Below, in pieces: positions 29,780-39,194 of a stretch of 64,000 nt of DNA. A program made the translations under genes and the position numbers. The notes beneath the pieces are model-generated. The model searched no databases. It had not been told where the DNA came from and worked only from the letters and a program-made list of their open reading frames with translations. The stretch comes from an uncultured Clostridia bacterium. GTDB taxonomy: Bacteria; Bacillota; Clostridia; Christensenellales; Borkfalkiaceae. Location: contig CAYZOF010000002.1 in NCBI GenBank assembly GCA_964479935.1, positions 11,912 through 75,911 on the forward strand, in the 5' to 3' direction. How positions within the stretch are numbered: position 1 is the first letter of the stretch; every line of letters begins with the position of its first letter.

Positions 29780-30955
29780 ATGTATACGGAAGAACAAAAA
29801 GCGCAACTGGACGTTGCGTGCGAAAAATTCAGAAAAATAATGGAAGAACAGCTTTTGCGTGTAGAAGACATGAAAGCGCAAGGCGGTTTTGTCGATTATG
29901 CGTCGCTCGATTGCATCGAAATCGGCGTTTGCGGAGGCGACGGTATCGGACCGATTATAACCGCGCAGGCAAGACGGGTGTTGGAATTTATTTTGGCGGA
30001 TCTCGTTGCGTCGGGGAAAGTGAAATTTCGGGATATCGAAGGGTTGACGATCGAGAATCGAATCGTCAAAGGAAAAGCGATTCCCGACGACGTTATGGCG
30101 GAGCTGAAAGCTTGTCACATCATATTGAAAGGACCTACGACGACGCCGCAAAAAGGTAGCGGAATGCCGAATATCGAATCGGCAAACGTAGCAATGCGCA
30201 AAGCGTTGGATTTGTTTGCCAACATTCGCCCCGTCAAAGTTCCCGAAGAGGGAATCAATTGGACGATTTTCCGTGAAAATACGGAAGGTGGTTATGCCGT
30301 CGGTTCGTCCGGATATAACGTTACCGAAGACCTTGCCGTCGATTTTACGATTACCACAAAACAAGGTTCGGACAGAATCGCTCGTTTGGCGTACGATTAT
30401 GCACGGAAGAACGGATTTAAGCGTGTATCGCTTGTTACCAAAGCCAACGTTATTAAGACGACGGACGGTAACTTTTTGGAAGATTGCCATAAGGTAGGCG
30501 ATTTGTATCCCGACATCGTCACGGACGAATGGTATGCGGATATCATGACGGCAAAGCTTGTGGACAAAAAACGTCGGAAAGATTTCCAAGTTTTGTTGTT
30601 GCCGAATCTTTACGGAGATATCATTTCCGACGAAGCGGCGGAGTTCCAAGGCGGAGTCGGTACGGCAGGTTGTGCGAATATCGGTAAAAAATATGCTATG
30701 TTCGAGGCAATCCATGGTAGCGCGCCTCGAATGATTACGGAAGGCAGAGGACAATATGCCGATCCCTGTTCGATGCTTCGCGCGTGCGTCATGCTCCTTT
30801 CGCATATCGGTTTGCAAGATCGAGCGGATAGGCTGGAACACGCGCTCGATATCTGCTCGTTCGAAGAAAAAAAATACGTTATCACGGGTCGATCGACGGG
30901 GGCGACGTGCGAGCAATTCGGAAATTACGTAATGGACACTCTAAAAAACGTATAA
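29780..30955 (+). CDS. icd: isocitrate dehydrogenase (isocitrate/isopropylmalate dehydrogenase family)
   Basis: LKGPTTTP...ANVAMRKALDLFANIRP and LLPNLYGDIISDEAA. Begins 1 nt after the aconitase stop. Confidence 0.8.
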   Translation: MYTEEQKAQLDVACEKFRKIMEEQLLRVEDMKAQGGFVDYASLDCIEIGVCGGDGIGPIITAQARRVLEFILADLVASGKVKFRDIEGLTIENRIVKGKAIPDDVMAELKACHIILKGPTTTPQKGSGMPNIESANVAMRKALDLFANIRPVKVPEEGINWTIFRENTEGGYAVGSSGYNVTEDLAVDFTITTKQGSDRIARLAYDYARKNGFKRVSLVTKANVIKTTDGNFLEDCHKVGDLYPDIVTDEWYADIMTAKLVDKKRRKDFQVLLLPNLYGDIISDEAAEFQGGVGTAGCANIGKKYAMFEAIHGSAPRMITEGRGQYADPCSMLRACVMLLSHIGLQDRADRLEHALDICSFEEKKYVITGRSTGATCEQFGNYVMDTLKNV

Positions 30956-30963
30956 GCGAACAA

Positions 30964-30999
30964 GGCGTTGACGAATTTTTATTCGTGAGCGTCTTTTTT
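30964..30999 (+). terminator. rho-independent terminator after icd
   Basis: GGCGTTGACGAAT-tttt-ATTCGTGAGCGTC (one mismatch) followed by TTTTTT. Confidence 0.6.
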
Positions 31000-31010
31000 C
31001 TTTAAAAGCC

Positions 31011-31039
31011 TTTACAGTTTGAAAAAAATGTGTTATAAT
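31011..31039 (+). promoter_or_regulatory. promoter for membrane protein 31128..31946
   Basis: TTTACA (31011..31016) - 17 nt - TATAAT (31034..31039), with TGt upstream. Confidence 0.45.
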
Positions 31040-31127
31040 ACAAGTATGCATAAGCGATTTTTTTCGTTATGTCGACGAAGGATTGTATAATATTAAGTTA
31101 AGAGAAAGAGTTTTATAGGAACGAATT

Positions 31128-31946
31128 ATGAAGTATACGGTGAAAGCAAACAAATATATCGCAAGGAATCTTTTTTATATTTTGCCTTTTGCGATTATTC
31201 CCGCGTTTTTTCTCTCTATTTCCACGGACGAAAATGCGTTGCGTTCGGTTTTGGAAAAAGTGTTTTCGAAAAATACGCATCGGTTAACCTTTTCGGAGCT
31301 TTTCCGCTCCGTTTCGGTGCTGAACTTTGCGTCTTGGCGTTCCGTTATTTTCGGCTTCGCAGGGATCATATTGGTTGTCGTTTGCGTGGCGATGATGATG
31401 GCGATGCTCGAAAAGCATTTTCGCATCGGGAAACGTTCATACAGAGGGCTTCTTTCGAAATTGAACGACAATTTGATTTCTACCGCATTTTTTACCGTTT
31501 TAATGGTGATTTTGTATGAGCTTTGGTCGATTATAGTGGCATTGGGTTTATATGTTTTTTCGAGAATTATATTTCCGACGATTGCATATATCATGATGGG
31601 AATGTTTTTGGTCATCATGCACGTGGCGTTGATCTATGCAATCGGATTTATTTATCTTTGGTTGCCGTGCATGCAAATCACGGGATTCCGACTTATGCAG
31701 GCGTTGTATTATTCCCACCGCATGGTAAACGAGGTAAAATGGGGAATTTTGTTCGGACAGCTCGCGATGTTGTTGTTTGCGGAAACGCTTATTTGTCTTT
31801 GCGCGGCATTTGCGCCGAATCCGGCTATTTTTACGATTTTAACGACGGTATTGTATACTTGGTTGTTGATGCTATTCTGCGTGCGTATGGAGCTCGTCTA
31901 TTTCGAACGCGAACATCTTAATCGAGCGGATGTATTTCAAGAATAA
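31128..31946 (+). CDS. hypothetical polytopic membrane protein
   Basis: 272 aa with about 6 hydrophobic helices. No motif recognised. Confidence 0.6.
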   Translation: MKYTVKANKYIARNLFYILPFAIIPAFFLSISTDENALRSVLEKVFSKNTHRLTFSELFRSVSVLNFASWRSVIFGFAGIILVVVCVAMMMAMLEKHFRIGKRSYRGLLSKLNDNLISTAFFTVLMVILYELWSIIVALGLYVFSRIIFPTIAYIMMGMFLVIMHVALIYAIGFIYLWLPCMQITGFRLMQALYYSHRMVNEVKWGILFGQLAMLLFAETLICLCAAFAPNPAIFTILTTVLYTWLLMLFCVRMELVYFEREHLNRADVFQE

Positions 31947-31966
31947 GAAAAAACGGAGGTTTTTAT

Positions 31967-33685
31967 ATGGATTATCAAGAAAATTATCAGGCATGGCTGA
32001 ATGACGAAAGGTTAAACGCGGAAGGGCGCGCGGAATTGCGTTCGATTGCGAACGACGAACGGGAAATCGAGTATCGTTTCGGCGGAGAACTCGAATTCGG
32101 GACGGCAGGCATGCGCGGCGTGATCGGTTACGGCATGAACATGATGAACGTGTATACCGTTATGCGTGCGACGCAAGGACTTGCGGAGTGGATTAAGACG
32201 CTCGGTGCGGAAGCCGCAGAACGCGGTGTCGTGATTTCCTACGACACGCGAAGAAAATCGGAAGAATTTGCGAAAGTTTCGGCTGGGGTTTTGGCAAAGA
32301 ACGGAATCAAAGCCTATCTTTTCGACGATGTTCATCCCGTTCCTATGCTTTCCTATGCGGTGCGCTACTTAAAGACGATTGCCGGAATCATGATTACTGC
32401 AAGCCATAACCCGAAGCAATATAACGGCTATAAAGTATACGGAGCGGACGGAGCGCAAATGTCGCCGGAAGATACGGAAAAGGTCGTTTTACATATTGAA
32501 AATATCAAGGATTACTTATCGGTTTCGGCGGTAGAGAACGATCCGCTCATCGTTTCCGTGCCGAAAAAACTCGACGAAGATTACATAGAAGAATTGTCTA
32601 AATTGACGCTTTCCGAAGAAGCCGTGCAAAAGTGCGGTTCGAGTTTGAAATTGGTCTATACGCCCGTACACGGTAGCGGATACGTGCCGGTCATGACGAT
32701 TTTGAAAAAGTTGGGCATCAATGTAACGGTCGTGAAGGAGCAAACGGGGAAAGATACGGAATTTTCCACGGTGAAAGTGCCGAATCCCGAGTTCAAAGAA
32801 ACGTTGTCTATGGGAATCGATTTGGCGAACCGCATTCATGCCGACGTTGTATTCGGGACGGATCCCGATTCCGACCGTCTCGGCGTGGCGATAAAGGACG
32901 ATGCGGGAGAGTTTGTGGCGTTGTCGGGGAATCAAGTGGGCATTTTGTTGTTGGATTATATTTTGACTCGCTTGACGGAAACAGGAAAAATGCCTTCCGA
33001 CGCGGCGGTCGTGAAATCGTTCGTTACGACGGGTATGGCGAAGGCACTTTGCGACGATTACGGAGTTGCGTTATTCGAAACGCCCGTAGGCTTCAAATTT
33101 ATCGGTGAAAAAATTAAACAATGGGAAGCGGACGGAACGCATACGTACATATTCGGCTTTGAAGAATCTTGTGGTTATCTTCGCGGCACGCACGCACGTG
33201 ATAAAGACGCAGTCGTCGCGTCTATGCTTTGCGCGGAAATGGTATGCTATTATGCCTACATAGGCAAGAGTGTGTATCGTCGTTTACAGGAGATTTATGC
33301 AAAGTACGGTTTCGTTTTGGATTTGAACGTATCCGTGCAATATTCCGGACTGAACGCAATGAAAGAAATGAACGCGGTCGTAGACGGTTTGAAAACTTTG
33401 CGAGTCGACGAAATTGCAGGCATTCGAGTGGACGCCGTTCGCGATTACAGTGCGGCGAAACGTACGCTTGCAGACGGTGCCGTCGAAACGCTCGATATTC
33501 CGAAATGCAATTGCGTGTATTACGAGTTGGAGGGCGGTTCGTTCGTATGTGTTCGTCCCAGCGGTACGGAGCCGAAACTGAAAATTTATTATTCTTTGAA
33601 AGCGCAAGACGAAGCGACGGCAAATATAAAATTGTGCGATATAAAGACCGCCGTCAACGAATTGCTGGAAAGGGCGAAGCGATAA
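31967..33685 (+). CDS. phosphoglucomutase/phosphomannomutase family (PgcA-like, 572 aa)
   Basis: Phosphoserine loop TASHNPKQYNGYKVY and metal loop FGTDPDSDRLG. Confidence 0.9.
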   Translation: MDYQENYQAWLNDERLNAEGRAELRSIANDEREIEYRFGGELEFGTAGMRGVIGYGMNMMNVYTVMRATQGLAEWIKTLGAEAAERGVVISYDTRRKSEEFAKVSAGVLAKNGIKAYLFDDVHPVPMLSYAVRYLKTIAGIMITASHNPKQYNGYKVYGADGAQMSPEDTEKVVLHIENIKDYLSVSAVENDPLIVSVPKKLDEDYIEELSKLTLSEEAVQKCGSSLKLVYTPVHGSGYVPVMTILKKLGINVTVVKEQTGKDTEFSTVKVPNPEFKETLSMGIDLANRIHADVVFGTDPDSDRLGVAIKDDAGEFVALSGNQVGILLLDYILTRLTETGKMPSDAAVVKSFVTTGMAKALCDDYGVALFETPVGFKFIGEKIKQWEADGTHTYIFGFEESCGYLRGTHARDKDAVVASMLCAEMVCYYAYIGKSVYRRLQEIYAKYGFVLDLNVSVQYSGLNAMKEMNAVVDGLKTLRVDEIAGIRVDAVRDYSAAKRTLADGAVETLDIPKCNCVYYELEGGSFVCVRPSGTEPKLKIYYSLKAQDEATANIKLCDIKTAVNELLERAKR

Positions 33686-33754
33686 TTCCGTCGATTTCGC
33701 CGATATACGGATTCGTCACGGACGGAAAATATTCCTAAACATCGGGAGGCTGCG

Positions 33755-34417
33755 ATGATTTCTTTACGCATATCGAAATCTTACGGAGAACAAGTCGTTT
33801 TTAAGGATTTTTCGCTCGATATTCAAGAGGGTGAAATTCTATGCGTTTTGGGGGAGTCCGGCGGAGGAAAAACGACGTTACTCAATATCCTCGCCGGATT
33901 GATTCCCTACAACGGAGAAAGGAAAAACGTTCCGAATTCCGTCGGTTATATCTTTCAGGAGCCGCGCTTACTCCCCAATTTAACCGTTGAGGGAAATTTG
34001 CGTTACGCCGGCGGAAATATGGAACGGCTGGAAGAAATTTTACGCAAGACGGAATTATCGGCGTTGCGGAACAAACGCCCCGGAGAACTGTCGGGCGGTG
34101 AAAAACAGCGGGTGTCCGTTGCTCGTGCGTTCCTTTCCGAGGCGCAACTATTGCTGTTGGACGAGCCGTTTTCCTCTTTCGATACCGGGTTGAAAGTGCG
34201 TATTGCGAAGTTTTTTGTATCGCTTTGGAAAGAGCGAAAACCTACCGCGGTATTCGTCACGCACGATCTGGAAGAAGCGTGTATGCTCGGTTCGCGCGTG
34301 ATTGTTCTTAAAAACGGGCAAATCGCTTGCGATCTTCGGCTCGACTATCCGGAGCTTCCTCGCGCGTACGGGGAGAATTCCGCCATGAAAGAGGAGTTGT
34401 TGCGGGTATTGCTCTAA
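33755..34417 (+). CDS. ABC transporter ATP-binding protein, orphan (no adjacent permease)
   Basis: Walker A GESGGGKTT, signature LSGGEKQRVSVARAF, Walker B LLLLDEPFSSFD. Confidence 0.85.
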   Translation: MISLRISKSYGEQVVFKDFSLDIQEGEILCVLGESGGGKTTLLNILAGLIPYNGERKNVPNSVGYIFQEPRLLPNLTVEGNLRYAGGNMERLEEILRKTELSALRNKRPGELSGGEKQRVSVARAFLSEAQLLLLDEPFSSFDTGLKVRIAKFFVSLWKERKPTAVFVTHDLEEACMLGSRVIVLKNGQIACDLRLDYPELPRAYGENSAMKEELLRVLL

Positions 34418-34492
34418 ATGCCGTTATTTTGTGATAAAAACGAATCGATTCATAAAAAATTTGTGAAAAATCGATTTTTTTTATTTTTGCTA

Positions 34493-34521
34493 TTGACAAA
34501 GTTTTCAAATGGTGGTATACT
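34493..34521 (+). promoter_or_regulatory. promoter for the 34594 lipoprotein gene
   Basis: TTGACA (34493..34498) - 17 nt - TATACT (34516..34521). Confidence 0.55.
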
Positions 34522-34593
34522 TGTCATAGAATAAATGGTATCATGTTTTGTAAAACGAAACGTGAGAATCTAAAAATTTCGGAGGTGGCATTT

Positions 34594-36177
34594 ATGCAAT
34601 TATGGAAAAAAACAGTTTCAATGCTTTTGTGCGTCGGACTTAGTTGTTCGATGACGGCGTGCGATTTCGGCAACAACAGCTCGAAAGACGACGGCAGTGC
34701 CGTCCAACCTGAATTCTCGAGCGGCTTGTCCGATTCGAGCAGTAGCGGTACGACGGAAATCTATGCGGAATCTTTCTTTGACGTTTTGTCTACGGCAAAA
34801 TCCGCGAAAGTTCAGTTATCGTTCCAATACGCTTACAAGTATCAATATGAAACGTATGGTTGGATTGCAGAGAATCAAACGGTAACGGCAGATATTATCG
34901 TTTCTGAAAATTCGAACAACGGTTTCGACTGTAAGGTCGAAATCAAGACCGTGAACAGCACTGTTAGTGCGGAAGGAACGTCGTTGAACGAAACGAACAG
35001 TAGTTCTGCGCTCGGATACATTATTGACGGCGATTTCTATACTTACGATTTTGAAGAGAAATATTATCAAAGAGACAGCGTAACGTTTGACGATATGCTG
35101 GTGAATGCAGGTATCGACGCTGCTTCTTTACAGGCGTCGTTGGAATCTTTGTTCTCCTCCTTAGATTCGAGCAATACGAATATGGAAGAGCTGATCGGCT
35201 CGCTGAACGATGCGTTTATGGCGAGTGCAAAAGTTGAGGACGGCGCGTTGATGTTTACGCTCGACATGAAAGATGCCGTCAATAGCTTCCTCGACTATCT
35301 CGGTACTCTGAACGGCGAAACGACGCTCGGCGAAATCGTGAACGATGTGCTTGCTCTTATCGATCCGAATTTGAATTATATAGATATTCTTGACGGAATC
35401 TCGGATTTGGGTTCGATGAAGATTTCGGATTTATATACGGCTTTGGACGAGGCGTTTGAGGAGGAAACGGGCGTAGACATGCAAACCTATAAAGACACGT
35501 TGATGCTGAATCCTTCCTTAATCGGGGTTTTACAGGATGCCGGATTGGATTCGGAGCAAATTGAGGCAATTGCGAAATTCAAATTCGAGGATTTCGTAAA
35601 GGAAAACGGTGCGCTTACACTCGATGAATATATCAATAAACTGCTTACGCCGAGTGAAGATATGGCAGAGGATTCAGCGGATGATATCGAAGCCGATCCG
35701 AGCAAGGTAGTTGAAAATGCGTGTGATGCGATTAAAGAGTATCTTTCGTTGACGCTTGCTCAATTTGACGAAGCAAACGACACGAACATTGTAGAAATCA
35801 TTCAGTCGATTGCATCGCTCGATGTTACCACATTGAACGGAAAATTCGGCGTGGTATACGACAACGACTATAAAGTTCAATCCGGTATCTTCGCGTTTAA
35901 CGCTGCTTACGATATACCGTGCGAAAACGGCGATAAGGATGAACAGGCTTTGACGCTGAAAGTAACGGTTTCCGAATTGAGCAAGAATACGGTGACGATC
36001 AAATTGGAAGACAACGCACGTGTCGTGAATTTGTGCGATTATTGTCGGGAAAGCTGGACGGAGGTCGATGGTAATCAACTCAGCCATAGAGACGAATATA
36101 ATTGTTATCTTTGTGACGACTGCTACGCAAGATATTACAGCGAGATGATTCCGTCGGAGAACGCAATCACCGACTAA
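34594..36177 (+). CDS. large acidic lipoprotein with a C-terminal Cys cluster
   Basis: Signal peptide plus lipobox (LSCSMTAC). GGAGGTG RBS before ATG 34594. The C-terminus reads CDYC...x22...CYLCDDC. Confidence 0.75.
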   Translation: MQLWKKTVSMLLCVGLSCSMTACDFGNNSSKDDGSAVQPEFSSGLSDSSSSGTTEIYAESFFDVLSTAKSAKVQLSFQYAYKYQYETYGWIAENQTVTADIIVSENSNNGFDCKVEIKTVNSTVSAEGTSLNETNSSSALGYIIDGDFYTYDFEEKYYQRDSVTFDDMLVNAGIDAASLQASLESLFSSLDSSNTNMEELIGSLNDAFMASAKVEDGALMFTLDMKDAVNSFLDYLGTLNGETTLGEIVNDVLALIDPNLNYIDILDGISDLGSMKISDLYTALDEAFEEETGVDMQTYKDTLMLNPSLIGVLQDAGLDSEQIEAIAKFKFEDFVKENGALTLDEYINKLLTPSEDMAEDSADDIEADPSKVVENACDAIKEYLSLTLAQFDEANDTNIVEIIQSIASLDVTTLNGKFGVVYDNDYKVQSGIFAFNAAYDIPCENGDKDEQALTLKVTVSELSKNTVTIKLEDNARVVNLCDYCRESWTEVDGNQLSHRDEYNCYLCDDCYARYYSEMIPSENAITD

Positions 36178-36194
36178 AACAAGATAATTTTTTC

Positions 36195-36221
36195 AACGAG
36201 CGAGAGATATTCTCGCTCGTT
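36195..36221 (+). terminator. hairpin terminator after the lipoprotein gene
   Basis: Perfect 11-bp stem AACGAGCGAGA-gatat-TCTCGCTCGTT. The T tract is weak. Confidence 0.55.
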
Positions 36222-36235
36222 GTTCTATTGTATAG

Positions 36236-36264
36236 TTGACTTATTCGAAAAAAAGTGCTACAAT
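36236..36264 (+). promoter_or_regulatory. promoter placed 9 nt before the yfhO-family ATG (leaderless or near-leaderless mRNA)
   Basis: TTGACT (36236..36241) - 17 nt - TACAAT (36259..36264). The ATG is at 36274 and has no Shine-Dalgarno. Confidence 0.5.
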
Positions 36265-36273
36265 AATCGTATC

Positions 36274-39009
36274 ATGAGAAAAAATATCCAGTCGACCGCC
36301 GATGAGGCGGTAAAAAAGAAACAAGAAACGCTTTCGTCGTATTTCGATAAGAATTACGCGTATTTTTTCGCACCGTTACTCGTTGCGTTAATTTATCTCG
36401 TTGCATTGATCGGAAACGGCGTTTATCCGTTCGGTAATAAATATACCGTGGCGAGTTACGACCTGTCTGCACAAATATGCCCGTTTGTCGAGCATTTATT
36501 TGACGTGATACAAGGGAAGTCCTCACTGTTCTATTCGTATGCGATTGTCGGCGGGGCGGACGTGACGGGTACGTTTTTGTACTTTTTCATCAGTCCGTTC
36601 AGCTTCTTGTTTTTAGTATTCGGCGACGGTATGGTAAACAGAGCCGCGGTCGTCGTCATGTTCTTCAAATTGATCACGACGGCGTTCGCCGGGACATGGT
36701 TTGCGAAAAAACTGTTCAAAAATATTCCCGATTATCTGTGCGTGGCGATCGGTGTCGTGTATACGTATTGCGGATATATGTTCGTGGCGAATACGTATAT
36801 CAATTGGGTAGATTTTTTGATCTACATGCCGTTTGCGGTGGCGGCGTTCAAGCATTTTGTCGATACCGGTAGTTTTTGGCGTTTTGCCGTTTTGACGGCT
36901 TGTTGCGTATATACCTGTTTTTCGATTGCGTGCTTTTCGATGTTTATCGTGTTTCCGATATTGATTTTTTACGCGCTCGTTTGCGTGGAAAAGCCGAAAC
37001 GGAACAAGTTTATCGCAGACCTTTGCATCGCTTTCGCGGTGGCGATTCTGCTTTCTTTGCCCGTGCTTTTGCCAGCGTTAAAAGCTTACTCGGCAGGCGC
37101 GCGGAGCGGCGGTGACGGAATTTTATACGATTTATGGAAAGGCTTTAAGGACAAAACGAGCGACTCTCCGTCAAATTTCGATTCGTCGTGGTATGCGAAT
37201 AATATTGCGGAGAGTCTTTACGCGAAGTGGTCGTATATTCTTTCCGATTCGATTTTCGTTTTGCTCACGATTTTCTGGTTTTATAGAAACGGCATCAAGA
37301 CGCCTTTTGCCAAGTTTATGGCGGCTGCAGGCGTGTTGACGTTGTTGCCGACGGTAGTGGACGAGTCGATGTTGTTGTTGAATATGGGTTCGTATATGTC
37401 TTACGCGTTGCGATTCGGATTCTTAAATGCGACGTATTTTCTGGGCGGCGCATGTTTGGCTCTCAACGAGTTTTGTTACGACCGACAATGTGCTTTTGAC
37501 GGAACTCCGTTGTACAAAGCGACTTCGGAAGTTGAATCGGAATCCTCTGAAAATCTTGATCCGAGCGAGAAACGTGGTATGACGCCTATGATGTGGGTGA
37601 TTGGAGCCGTCGGATTGATCGCAACGATATTCCTGTTTTGGTTCAGTAACAACGGAAATTATAAAAAGACCGAATTTTGGTCGAATTTTATAAGCGATTC
37701 CGACATGCTGGACGCCATTAAGGGATTTTCGGCAAAATTCGCCCATTCGCTCGGCGGTATGGAAGTAGTTAGCGTATTGTTCGTCGTAGTAGCGGTCGTG
37801 TTTGTCGTTGGCGCGATATTGGCATCCAAGCGAAAGATTTCCGTGCGTTGGCTTTCGTACGTGTTGGTGGTCGTCGTCGGCATGCAGGTGATATTCTATA
37901 ACAATCAGCTTGTAGAGGGGAATCTTTCCACTCAGCAGGTGACAATGGACAGCTATATCGAAGTCAATGAAGTGTTGAACGGCAATGACGACAGTTATTT
38001 CAGGGTGAAAGATTATAACGATAAGCTGACGTCTTGCGCGCCGTTGACAGGCAACGCGAATGCGTTCAGTGCCTTTTCTTCCGTAATCGATGCGGACAAT
38101 TTCTCACCGTTTCATCTGTTCGGCTACAAGGGTAACAGTAAAAACAACTTCAAAAGCGCGCATGACAGCGATAAAATAAATCGTAGCGACGAATTCGGAG
38201 ATTCGTTTTTGGGCTACAAGTATTATTTTGTTCATAAAGACTATATAGGGAATTTCAAAGACGGAAAAACGCTCGCGAAATACATGAAACCATATACATA
38301 TACGGATGAAAACGGCGAAGAAACACAGCTGACGTCTTCGGACGGAACATACTACGTTTATGAAAATGAAATTGTTTTCCCGTCGGCTTACGTATTGGAA
38401 AGCGGCGAGTATCGATGTGTGAAACCAAACGTAGCAAATTCGAGCAATCGAACTGCGAATCAAGCAGCATTGTATGAATTTTTACGTGGTAAAACGTTGA
38501 GCGAGATGCAGGAAGTAACAGGTAGCACGTCTTCGCAGTACGTGACGCCCGAGACGACGCGAGAGCTTAGCGAGTATTTGTGGGAGCGTGCGGCTAATAT
38601 CGAAGTCGGTGCAGGGAAAATCACGGCGACGGTAAGCGGCGCGACGGCAGGGCAATGCTTGTTCTTGAATTTTGTGGCGAGTGACGGATACGTCGTGACG
38701 GTCAACGGAAAGGAAGCGGAATTGATCGACAACGATTTGCATTTTCTTTCCGTTGCGTTGGAAGACGGCGAAAACGTGGTAGAATTCGTCTATAAATCGC
38801 CGTATCCGAAATTTATCGTATACGGAGTCGTTGGCGCGTTGGTCGGCTTGTTGGCGGTCGCTTTCGTCGTGAATAAGACGAAACTTGTCGAGCGGTGCGC
38901 GCCCGTAATCGCATGGGCAGGCGTGCTATTGGCGATTGCGGTCGTGGCGTTCTTTATGCTGTATCCGACGTCTGCGTGGCTCGTGAAGTTGTTGCGCTTG
39001 AGAGGATAA
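36274..39009 (+). CDS. YfhO-family polytopic membrane protein (putative glycosyltransferase for cell-envelope polymers)
   Basis: About 910 aa with many N-terminal TM helices (e.g. FLYFFISPFSFLFLVFG), a large extracytoplasmic domain and a final TM pair. Family assignment is by architecture and recall, not by alignment. Confidence 0.65.
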   Translation: MRKNIQSTADEAVKKKQETLSSYFDKNYAYFFAPLLVALIYLVALIGNGVYPFGNKYTVASYDLSAQICPFVEHLFDVIQGKSSLFYSYAIVGGADVTGTFLYFFISPFSFLFLVFGDGMVNRAAVVVMFFKLITTAFAGTWFAKKLFKNIPDYLCVAIGVVYTYCGYMFVANTYINWVDFLIYMPFAVAAFKHFVDTGSFWRFAVLTACCVYTCFSIACFSMFIVFPILIFYALVCVEKPKRNKFIADLCIAFAVAILLSLPVLLPALKAYSAGARSGGDGILYDLWKGFKDKTSDSPSNFDSSWYANNIAESLYAKWSYILSDSIFVLLTIFWFYRNGIKTPFAKFMAAAGVLTLLPTVVDESMLLLNMGSYMSYALRFGFLNATYFLGGACLALNEFCYDRQCAFDGTPLYKATSEVESESSENLDPSEKRGMTPMMWVIGAVGLIATIFLFWFSNNGNYKKTEFWSNFISDSDMLDAIKGFSAKFAHSLGGMEVVSVLFVVVAVVFVVGAILASKRKISVRWLSYVLVVVVGMQVIFYNNQLVEGNLSTQQVTMDSYIEVNEVLNGNDDSYFRVKDYNDKLTSCAPLTGNANAFSAFSSVIDADNFSPFHLFGYKGNSKNNFKSAHDSDKINRSDEFGDSFLGYKYYFVHKDYIGNFKDGKTLAKYMKPYTYTDENGEETQLTSSDGTYYVYENEIVFPSAYVLESGEYRCVKPNVANSSNRTANQAALYEFLRGKTLSEMQEVTGSTSSQYVTPETTRELSEYLWERAANIEVGAGKITATVSGATAGQCLFLNFVASDGYVVTVNGKEAELIDNDLHFLSVALEDGENVVEFVYKSPYPKFIVYGVVGALVGLLAVAFVVNKTKLVERCAPVIAWAGVLLAIAVVAFFMLYPTSAWLVKLLRLRG

Positions 39010-39028
39010 ATAATAAAAAATAGATATT

Positions 39029-39062
39029 TGAGCCGCGGCGAGGAATTTTCCCCGTCGCGGCT
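39029..39062 (+). terminator. terminator-like hairpin after the yfhO-family gene
   Basis: GAGCCGCG...CGCGGCTC stem. T tract is poor. Confidence 0.4.
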
Positions 39063-39110
39063 CTGTTATGTGGAAGTTTTCGCACGAGTGTGAAAATCTT
39101 TTCCAAACGG

Positions 39111-39139
39111 TTGACAGAAAGAATAAAATGTTATAAAAT
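39111..39139 (+). promoter_or_regulatory. promoter for membrane protein 39195..39932
   Basis: TTGACA (39111..39116) - 17 nt - TAAAAT (39134..39139). Confidence 0.5.
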
Positions 39140-39194
39140 TTATTTGTTGAAGTTCGAAATCAACGATATTTTTTGAGAACAAGGAGTTATAGAC

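Noticed and set aside
29666-30916. 416-aa minus-strand ORF antisense to icd. Similar long antisense ORFs occur at 15093..15818, 8315..9109, 21653..22477, 41933..42829, 40923..41756, 49568..50374, 48731..49426, 54924..55634, 56607..57314, 59368..60084 and 62776..63495.
   Set aside because: Each lies fully inside a gene on the opposite strand that has clear family motifs. Their translations are Arg/Phe/His-rich low-complexity strings with no motifs and no RBS, which is typical of shadow ORFs in codon-biased genes.
26439-30955. Alternative reading as the alpha-aminoadipate lysine pathway (homocitrate synthase, homoaconitase, homoisocitrate dehydrogenase) or a leucine-pathway paralogue set
   Set aside because: The middle gene is a single-chain ~640-aa aconitase with the swivel domain at its C-terminus, rather than a LeuC/LeuD-type two-subunit dehydratase. 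This cannot be fully excluded without phylogeny.
36220-36273. Longer N-terminal extensions offered by the ORF track (also at 23901, 48752, 34543, 9596, 6837 and 60453 on the minus strand)
   Set aside because: The upstream starts fall within promoter or terminator elements and lack an RBS. Internal ATGs with an SD sequence, or with a signal peptide starting directly, fit better.
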